From Eledone cirrhosa (lineage: Eukaryota), in assembly GCA_964016885.1 (NCBI GenBank), contig OZ024745.1, positions 10,850,001-10,914,000 of the forward strand: 64,000 nt of DNA, read 5' to 3'. Numbering within the stretch: position 1 is the first letter of the stretch; the number at the start of each line of letters is the position of its first letter. The notes beneath the pieces were generated by a model. That model did no database searches and was not told where the DNA came from. It saw only the letters and a program-made list of their open reading frames with translations. Shown in pieces: positions 53,393-62,500 of this stretch. The position numbers were made by a program, and so were the translations under genes.

Positions 53393-53459
53393 AATTTCCA
53401 ACAGATTTGATCAGGGGTAACTTTCTTCTTCAGATTAAACAGGTATATACCACCTCTCA

Positions 53460-53804
53460 TACATACACATACACATACAGACATACACACATACACACAC
53501 ATACACATATACACACATACACATACACATACACACATACACATACACACATACATACACACATATACACACATACACATATACACACATACACATACTT
53601 ATATACACATATACACATACACATACACATACACGTTCACATATACACACTATTCCGTCCCCAAACCATAGATCGATACATCTTTCTCAATAAAGTACAT
53701 TAATTTAATCACACACACACACACATATATATATACACACACACACACTCACACACACACATACCCACACACACACATACACACATACACACACACATAC
53801 ACAA

Positions 53805-53861
<57 letters not shown>

Positions 53862-54177
53862 ATACACACACGTACAGTCACACACTCACGCACACATAGA
53901 AGAACATACATGTACACATCCTTATGCATGAACATGTACACACATATACATACGACTAGTTTCACAGATATACACACAGTCACAAGATACACTTACACAC
54001 ACATATACATATTCATAAGGTCTCTTACACATAGACACACATTTGTATAGTTTGACACACGTGTTATACAGATATATATATATATATGTGTGTGTGCGTG
54101 CGTGTGTGTGTATGTATACGAACATGTATATATGTATATATGTATATATGTATATATATACATGTACATGTATGTAT
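53460..54177. repeat. Compound (CA)/(CATACA)/(TA)/(TG) microsatellite region
   Basis: Directly visible low-complexity dinucleotide and hexanucleotide repeats. Confidence 0.9.
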
Positions 54178-54883
54178 GAGAGCTGGCTGACGATCAAGGG
54201 CATACGGTTTATCATCTCACCTATCCAATTCGATAGCTGGCGGTATATTCTAAAACACTTGGTACCTCAAAGCCGAGCGATCATTTTACCGAAGACGCTG
54301 TTTTAATGGAAGACATCCAACCGAGAGATGAAAGATTAACTCTAAAACGCCGTTCTTAATACTACTTCAGAGCATATGGAAGACATTGAAAGCGGTGATA
54401 TGTCCGCTTTGATCATTTTGCTCATCTGCCAATCAAAAATTTCCTCTTTAGAACATATACTGGACCGACCGATTCCAGTTACGTTTTGCCATTTCCTCAT
54501 TACTGTTCATCTCAAAAGCGTTCGTATTTTCTCTGAAAGGAGTCTCAAGTGTTAGCTGACCAGCATGTAATTATGAGACGAGAAATAGGACTTTTACCAT
54601 TATTGTTATTACTGTTATTCTTGTTGTTGTTGCTCTAATAATAATAGTAATAGTAAAAATAATAATAATAATAATGATGATGATAATGATAATAATTATC
54701 ATTATTAAATGTTTCGTTTTTGAGTAATAGTGACCGAGCCAAAAGCAAGGACGATAACGAGATTATTATAAGATGTTTTCTTTATCTCGTTTATATGACA
54801 TTTCTTAATCCAATAAAAAGAAGAAAAAATACGAAGAGATAGAATTACAGTTGCGGTCCAGTATTATGAAGGATGACACAAAA

Positions 54884-54979
<96 letters not shown>

Positions 54980-55055
54980 TTATACACACACACAGATAAA
55001 CGCACAGAAACAACAAAAACAAATATGCACATTCTGATGCACACACACACACATA

Positions 55056-55118
<63 letters not shown>

Positions 55119-55219
55119 AAATGGCTGCCAGAATACATACGTGCTTTTTCTCAAAAGTTTTTTTCCATTCCTTCCTCTTCTCACGTTCTATCTTTCTATT
55201 TCTTTTATTTCGCATTCTA

Positions 55220-55256
55220 TTTTCTGATGAAGGACGAGTGTCTGAAACGTAAAGTC
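55220..55256 (+). ncRNA. Minimal hammerhead-like motif in a PLE-type 3' end fragment
   Basis: tttt CTGATGA aggac gagt gtct GAAA cg TA aag. Core strands are intact, stem II has a bulge, stem III is reduced to the palindrome ACGT, and stem I is weak. Confidence 0.45.
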
Positions 55257-55306
55257 TTTTTCCTACTATATCAAACATTAAACTTATATATATATATATA
55301 TATATA

Positions 55307-55423
55307 TAACGAAGGAAATGTGGTAAAGAACCAGATGGACCATAACGCACCAGAGTGGACTGAAATAGCCTGTCCAGAAATAGCCGTCGAAACGGCTTGA
55401 GCTCTGCCGTCGGGGTCATACTT

Positions 55424-55428
<5 letters not shown>
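55307..55428. mobile_element. Repeat family C, copy 2 (carries the 3' half of a hammerhead)
   Basis: Shared ATAACGAAGGAAATGTGGTAA... start, then TGGAC...GTCCA GAAATAGCCGTC GAAA CGGC ttgagctct GCCG TC GGGGTC. Flanked by (TA)n. Confidence 0.7.
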
Positions 55429-55462
<34 letters not shown>

Positions 55463-55595
55463 TAGAAGTGGTATTTAATTTGTTGGAAGTCCGACAAACA
55501 TAAATGTTTATAACTGATTTGGAGCACTCAACAGTTACTGGAGTAAATATTCAATGATATTAAATAAATGGAAACTATATTTATAAAACCATATT

Positions 55596-55660
55596 TATTT
55601 TATTATATATATTTCAAGGGTAACCAAGACGACATTGGTACGCTTTCATCAGATAAAATA
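55596..55660 (-). ncRNA. Type I hammerhead ribozyme (minus-strand copy)
   Basis: Exact reverse complement of 55785-55849. Confidence 0.75.
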
Positions 55661-55784
55661 CAAAGTTTGTTTTATAAATAGAGACATACTCATGAAAATC
55701 ATACCTTATCGGTTGGAAATTCCAGTGAATTTCCAACCGATAAGGTAGAATTTTCATGGGTATGTCTCTATAAAACAAACTTTG

Positions 55785-55849
55785 TATTTTATCTGATGAA
55801 AGCGTACCAATGTCGTCTTGGTTACCCTTGAAATATATATAATAAAATA
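55785..55849 (+). ncRNA. Type I hammerhead ribozyme with a palindromic minimal stem III
   Basis: Stem I TATTTTAT/ATAAAATA (8 bp); core CTGATGA (55793-55799); stem II AAG-c-GTACCAA/TTGGT-t-AC-c-CTT with loop TGTCGTC; GAAA (55830-55833); stem III ATATATAT; cleavage triplet AUA, with the cut predicted after 55841. Confidence 0.75.
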
Positions 55850-55888
55850 AATATGGTTTTATAAATATAGTTTCCATTTATTTAATAT

Positions 55889-55938
<50 letters not shown>

Positions 55939-55940
<2 letters not shown>

Positions 55941-56483
55941 TAGATTGAGTTAGAAACTCAAAATAGTTAGAAACTCAAAATATTCTCTACATACGGCTCT
56001 ATATGTAGAGCTAACTTTAGTCTCATAAACACAGCTGCTATTTTTTAGCGGCATGAGTATGAGAAGTGTTAGGCGCTGTAACATGTGCGTTTTTATCAGC
56101 GCATCCTTCAGTCTTCTTAGATCCTTTGAAGTGAAAGGGACGAATTTTCCTGGATACCCGCAGAAGAGCACAGGAATTCTGGCTTTCACTTCATAATTCT
56201 TGCGAAACAGATTTTGGGTCTGTCCGGGTATCAAAGGCTATTTGCCCGATATAGGTTTGTTATTTTTATTGATTTATTACGTTAAATCGAGTCAGGCAAA
56301 CCATATTGTTTTAAATTAGTATTTGTTCAACCTAGCTAACTTGGTCATTTACAATTAGAACGCATGTATACTTATATATGTGTTCATCCCTCTCATATAT
56401 TCAGTTGTGTTACACGGCTCGGATAGATTCCCTTCTTTAATGGTAAAAGACTATTTTGAGTTTCTAACTCAACTCAATCTATG
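55939..56483. mobile_element. 545-bp non-autonomous TIR element in (TA)n
   Basis: Ends CATAGATTGAGTTAGAAACTCAAAATAGT and ACTATTTTGAGTTTCTAACTC(AACTC)AATCTATG. The CATAG terminus suggests the P superfamily (inference). Confidence 0.75.
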
Positions 56484-56516
<33 letters not shown>

Positions 56517-56765
56517 TATTACATAACTAATAAGCTCTGTAACCTACATAGAGCACTCTTTTTTCCTGGACGACGGAATTCATTTATATATATATATATA
56601 TATACATGATGTATATATATATCGATCTCAAATGAATCCACAAGATATATCGATTCCAGGGTCGGGCCGGATTACTACCGATCGTACCTTGAGCTGATCG
56701 ATCGCAAAACGCGCGTCACGCGTGCATAAACATAATGATGTGATGTTGATACTTCGTTTCTACTC

Positions 56766-56830
<65 letters not shown>

Positions 56831-56833
<3 letters not shown>

Positions 56834-56988
56834 ACGAAGGAAGTGTGGTAAGGAACCAGGTGGACCATAACGCACCAGAGTACCCGATACTATGGGTAGT
56901 AGAGTGGGTAATAGAAAAAGAATCAGGACCCCAGAAATAGCTGTCGAAACGGACGGAGCTCAGCCGTCGGGGTCCTGACTCTTTTCCT
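56831..56988. mobile_element. Repeat family C, copy 3
   Basis: Shared 5' part; arms TAGAAAAAGAATCAGGACCCC / GGGGTCCTGACTCTTTTCCTA enclose AGAAATAGCTGTCGAAACGGACGGAGCTCAGCCGTC. Confidence 0.75.
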
Positions 56989-57022
56989 ATATATATATAT
57001 ACATACACACACACACACACAT

Positions 57023-57103
57023 AAATTACCTCAGATTTTTTGTTTAAGATGTGGTCTTTGGCGTATATACATATATATATATATATTTGTGTGTGTGTGT
57101 GTA

Positions 57104-57137
<34 letters not shown>

Positions 57138-57226
57138 TACACACACACACACACACACAAATATATATATATATATATGTATATACGCCAAAGACCACAT
57201 CTTAAACAAAAAATCTGAGGTAATTT
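57023..57226. repeat. 204-bp palindrome centred on a (TA)n tract
   Basis: AAATTACCTCAGATTTTTTGTTTAAGATGTGGTCTTTGGCGTATATACAT..(TG)n..TATGCA-(TA)n-TGCATA..(CA)n..ATGTATATACGCCAAAGACCACATCTTAAACAAAAAATCTGAGGTAATTT. Confidence 0.9.
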
Positions 57227-57689
57227 CGGCTTGTAACACAAATTGCATAAAACATTCCTGTATTACAGCCCCACATCATACCCTAACGGATAGTACGAAC
57301 TATACGTGAATAATTTACGTCTTGATGTGGTAGCTAAGTATATTTTATGTTTATACCATTACTTATTTGTATAGGTAAGCATATATTACCTGTATGTTTT
57401 GTGACGGTACGTATACTTTCTCGTACGTATATTTTCTTGTATTTGTTATAGGTGTATATATTATATATACTGGTATGTGTGTATATGGTAATGTGTATAT
57501 GTGTATTTTGTGTTTGTGTGCTTATGCGTGTACGCGTGTTTGCACGTATGTAAAGTGTGTATATGTGTACTTTGTGTTTTGGTTGACATACGTTTGGTGA
57601 ACATATGTGTAATTACCTGTAGGTATGTGTGTGCGTGCGCTATATACGTATTTATGTGTGTATATTTATATACGTTTATATAATTATAT

Positions 57690-57725
<36 letters not shown>

Positions 57726-57726
57726 T

Positions 57727-58650
57727 CTAGGGCGGGTAACATTCCCGAGATCTATGGTCGAGTTCTCTCCAGCGGTCTCTGTCCCTCATTATCGCTGCCA
57801 TGTCCTGCGTCTCCAACAGACCAGTGTCTGCCCTTAGGGCATCAACATACGTTAATCTTGGTCTTCCTCTTCCAGTGTGTCCATGTAGGGGCTCCCACAG
57901 GACCACTGAGTGCAATGTCAACTCTGGATGTCGGTGAGCATGTCCAGCTAACCTCAATCTCCTCTGTGTCACTTTTGAGCTGACTTTTGGGAGGCTCCCA
58001 TACAGCTCTGAGTTTTTCATCCTCAGTGTATACTGATTAATGTTCAGAGCCATCCTCAGCATTCTTGTGTAGCACCCATCCACCATCTGAGTGAGTTTCT
58101 TGGTCAGTGTCCAAGTCTCAGACCCGTACAGCAGCACAGACTCCACTACAGCTATGAAGAGGCGGATTTTCAGGTCTTTACGAAGGTCCGACTTCCACAC
58201 CGATCTCAAGCTGTGGCACGCCGCCCAGGCTTTGCTCTTCCTCTCAACCACATCATCTTCCGTATTCCCAATCTTTGCTCCCAAATACAGTCCTCAACCA
58301 ATTCTACCGGCTTCCCGCCTACATTAGTGATCCCCTCTGGCTTCTCAACATTCTCTACCAGATATTTTGTTTTAGTCTCATTCATTCTCAGCCCCACACT
58401 CATCGACACAGTCTCAACCTCCCGCATCAAATCCTCTGCCCCCTTCACTGTATTTGTCACCAAAACTATATCGTCGGCAAATTTTTCGCCTTAACTCTCC
58501 TGGTCGGAGCCGGTGCTACAGTAAAGCCAGAGTCCTGGTGTTTCTCCAGTGCAAGGCGCATACAATAGTCCACTACAATGATAAAAAGGTAGGGAGCCAA
58601 TGTATCTCCCTGGAGCACTCCAGCCAGTATCTCAAAGAACTCTGTCATCC
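57727..58650 (-). mobile_element. RTE-clade LINE, 5'-truncated RT pseudogene
   Basis: FEILAGVLQGDTLAPYLFIIVVDY, FADDI (58467-58481), GLRMNETKTKY, KIRLFIAVVESVLLYGSETWTLTK...RLRLAGH...GRPRLTY. Two frameshifts. Confidence 0.92.
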
Positions 58651-59127
58651 TATCATATATTTTTTATGTGTATTTGGTGCATACGTTCGTATATGTGCGG
58701 GTACATGTATCGCGCGGGTTTATGTATGTGTGCGCGTGTTTATGTGTACGTGCATGTATATGCATGCTTGGCGGGTGTTTTCGCGTATGCACGTGTATGT
58801 ACGTATATAGTGCGTGTATGTATATCTTTAATTATTATTGATTTTAATAACCTCTGTCATTTTCGTTCTACTAATTTATTTACATTATTCTTAACTCTGA
58901 AGCCGAGAATCATTCAGTTTCCTAAATAGAATATTAGTCTAATGACTCCATTTATACCATAAAAATGGTTTTGTCTTTGCGTGTAATTGTTCTCACCGCT
59001 CCACATAACGAGGTATTATCTTCGCTTTTTTCCGTTCATTGCCTGGGAACGTCTTCCCGAACCAATGTATCGTCTTCCTGTTTTCCTTCGGTTGCAACGT
59101 TTTTCGAAATATTCACTTCTGCGTTCA

Positions 59128-59201
59128 CAGGTTGATTTTTTTAGTTTCAGAAGATCCCGTTAAGGGTGAAAGCAGCGATTCTTTGCTTAAACTTTAATCT
59201 G
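59128..59201 (+). ncRNA. Type I hammerhead-like motif with one core substitution
   Basis: Stem I CAGGTTGA..AGTTT / AAACT-TTAATCTG; core CAGAAGA (consensus CUGANGA); stem II t-CCC-gttaa-GGG-t; GAAA; stem III AGCA/TGCT; triplet CUU. AATAAA lies just downstream. Confidence 0.6.
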
Positions 59202-59300
59202 TTATTTTAATAAATATTTGCTCTACGGTTCTTATATATTTGATATATATTTATCCTTATCGAGCTCTCTTTGGATTTTAGTCTTCAAATTTATTATTAT

Positions 59301-59342
<42 letters not shown>

Positions 59343-59508
59343 GTATATATCACACGAGGAAGCATCTTACTTGCAATACATATCCTGTACTGATGTGAAG
59401 GATACCGCAAGTATTTAATGATAAACCACCACCTGACTCTAGGACTTTTTAGAAGGGAGATCCTCATCAAAATGGTGACATTTGTTCTCGGGATTGTATC
59501 TTGTCGCT

Positions 59509-62500
59509 CCAGACTCTGTTCCCATGTTGCTCCAGCTGGTCCTACGATGCCCCAGACCCTACTCCCATGTTGCTCCAGCTGGTCCTACGATGCCCTAGAC
59601 CCTACTCCCATTTTGCTCCAGCTGGTCCTACGATGCCCTAGACCCTACTCCCATTTTGCTCCAGCTGGTCCTACGATGCCCCAGACCCTACTCCCATGTT
59701 GCTCCAGCTGGTCCTACGATGCCCCAGACTCTACTCCCATGTTGCTCCAGCTGGTCCTACGATGCCCCAGACCCTACTCCCATGTTGCTCCAGCTGGTCC
59801 TACGATGCCCCAGACTCTACTCCCATGTTGCTCCAGCTGGTCCTACGATGCCCTAGACTCTACTCCCATGTTGCTCCAGCTAGTCCTACGATGCCCCAGA
59901 CCCTACTCCCATGTTGCTCCAGCTGGTCCTACGATGCCCCAGACTCTACTCCCATGTTGCTCCAGCTGGTCCTACGATGCCCCAGACTCTACTCCCATGT
60001 TGCTCCAGCTGGTCCTACGATGCCCCAGACTCTACTCCCATGTTGCTCCAGCTGGTCCTACGATGCCCTAGACTCTACTCCCATGTTGCTCCAGCTAGTC
60101 CTACGATGCCCCAGACCCTACTCCCATGTTGCTCCAGCTGGTCCTACGATGCCCCAGACTCTACTCCCATGTTGCTCCAGCTGGTCCTACGATGCCCCAG
60201 ACCCTACTCCCATGTTGCTCCAGCTGGTCCTACGATGCCCTAGACCCTACTCCCATGTTGCTCCAGCTGGTCCTACGATGCCCCAGACCCTACTCCCATT
60301 TTGCTCCAGCTGGTCCTACGATGCCCTAGACCCTACTCCCATTTTGCTCCAGCTGGTCCTACGATGCCCCAGACCCTACTCCCATGTTGCTCCAGCTGGT
60401 CCTACGATGCCCCAGACCCTCCTCCCATGTTGCTCCAGCTGGTCCTACGATGCCCTAGACCCTACTCCCATGTTGCTCCAGCTGGTCCTACGATGCCCCA
60501 GACTCTACTCCCATGTTGCTCCAGCTGGTCCTACGATGCCCCAGACCCTACTCCCATGTTGCTCCAGCTGGTCCTACGATGCCCCAGACTCTACTCCCAT
60601 GTTGCTCCAGCTGGTCCTACGATGCCCTAGACCCTACTCCCATGTTGCTCCAGCTGGTCCTACGATGCCCCAGACTCTACTCCCATGTTGCTCCAGCTGG
60701 TCCTACGATGCCCCAGACCCTACTCCCATGTTGCTCCAGCTGGTCCTACGATGCCCCAGACTCTACTCCCATGTTGCTCCAGCTGGTCCTACGATGCCCC
60801 AGACTCTACTCCCATGTTGCTCCAGCTGGTCCTACGATGCCCCAGACCCTACTCCCATGTTGCTCCAGCTGGTCCTACGATGCCCCAGACTCTACTCCCA
60901 TGTTGCTCCAGCTGGTCCTACGATGCCCCAGACTCTACTCCCATGTTGCTCCAGCTGGTCCTACGATGCCCCAGACTCTACTCCCATGTTGCTCCAGCTG
61001 GTCCTACGATGCCCCAGACTCTACTCACATGTTGCTCCAGCTGGTCCTACGATGCCCCAGACTCTACTCCCATGTTGCTCCAGCTGGTCCTACGATGCCC
61101 CAGACTCTACTCCCATGTTGCTCCAGCTGGTCCTACGATGCCCCAGACTCTACTCACATGTTGCTCCAGCTGGTCCTACGATGCCCCAGACTCTACTCAC
61201 ATGTTGCTCCAGCTGGTCCTACGATGCCCCAGACTCTACTCCCATGTTGCTCCAGCTGGTCCTACGATGCCCCAGACTCTACTCCCATGTTGCTCCAGCT
61301 GGTCCTACGATGCCCCAGACTCTACTCACATGTTGCTCCAGCTGGTCCTACGATGCCCCAGACTCTACTCCCATGTTGCTCCAGCTGGTCCTACGATGCC
61401 CCAGACTCTACTCCCATGTTGCTCCAGCTGGTCCTACGATGCCCCAGACTCTACTCCCATGTTGCTCCAGCTGGTCCTACGATGCCCCAGACTCTACTCA
61501 CATGTTGCTCCAGCTGGTCCTACGATGCCCCAGACTCTACTCACATGTTGCTCCAGCTGGTCCTACGATGCCCCAGACTCTACTCCCATGTTGCTCCAGC
61601 TGGTCCTACGATGCCCCAGACTCTACTCCCATGTTGCTCCAGCTGGTCCTACGATGCCCCAGACTCTACTCCCATGTTGCTCCAGCTGGTCCTACGATGC
61701 CCCAGACTCTACTCCCATGTTGCTCCAGCTGGTCCTACGATGCCCCAGACTCTACTCACATGTTGCTCCAGCTGGTCCTACGATGCCCCAGACTCTACTC
61801 ACATGTTGCTCCAGCTGGTCCTACGATGCCCCAGACTCTACTCCCATGTTGCTCCAGCTGGTCCTACGATGCCCCAGACTCTACTCCCATGTTGCTCCAG
61901 CTGGTCCTACGATGCCCCAGACTCTACTCCCATGTTGCTCCAGCTGGTCCTACGATGCCCCAGACTCTACTCACATGTTGCTCCAGCTGGTCCTACGATG
62001 CCCCAGACTCTACTCCCATGTTGCTCCAGTTGGTCCTACGATGCCCCAGACTCTACTCCCATGTTGCTCCAGCTGGTCCTACGATGCCCCAGACTCTACT
62101 CCCATGTTGCTCCAGCTGGTCCTACGATGCCCCAGACTCTACTCCCATGTTGCTCCAGCTGGTCCTACGATTCCCCAGACTCTACTCCCATGTTGCTCCA
62201 GTTGGTCCTACGATGCCCCAGACTCTACTCCCATGTTGCTCCAGCTGGTCCTACGATGCCCCAGACTCAACTCCCATGTTGCTCCAGCTGGTCCTACGAT
62301 GCCCCAGACTCTACTCCCATGTTGCTCCAGCTGGTCCTACGATTCCCCAGACTCTACTCCCATGTTGCTCCAGCTGGTCCTACGATGCCCCAGACTCTAC
62401 TCCCATGTTGCTCCAGCTGGTCCTACGATGCCCCAGACTCTACTCACATGTAGCTCCAGCTGGTCCTACGATGCCCCAGACTCTACTCCCATGTTGCTCC

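Larger units (their letters stand above)
55552..55893. repeat. 342-bp near-perfect palindrome (4-nt loop at 55723-55726)
   Basis: CAATGATATTAAATAAATGGAAAC... mirrors ...GTTTCCATTTATTTAATATCATTG. A few substitutions and a 4-nt indel lie near the centre; the right end abuts (TA)n. Confidence 0.95.

Noticed and set aside
53385-53435. Minus-strand CTGAAGA/CTGATCA...GAAATTGGTC as a hammerhead at the satellite end
   Set aside because: No convincing stem I or stem II pairing.
54175-54569. Degenerate mariner-like MITE (TATGAGAGCTGGCTGAC ... TTAGCTGACCAGCATGTA)
   Set aside because: The ends match each other too poorly to support the call.
56680-56722. Hammerhead relic (AAAACGCGCGTC resembles the PLE-type GAAACGCGCGUC)
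   Set aside because: G12 is missing and no CUGANGA core is recognisable; at best a very decayed copy.
60513-62453. 646-aa ORF as a real CDS
   Set aside because: Entirely a read-through of the 43-bp repeat, equally open in other frames, with no sign of codon-position constraint.
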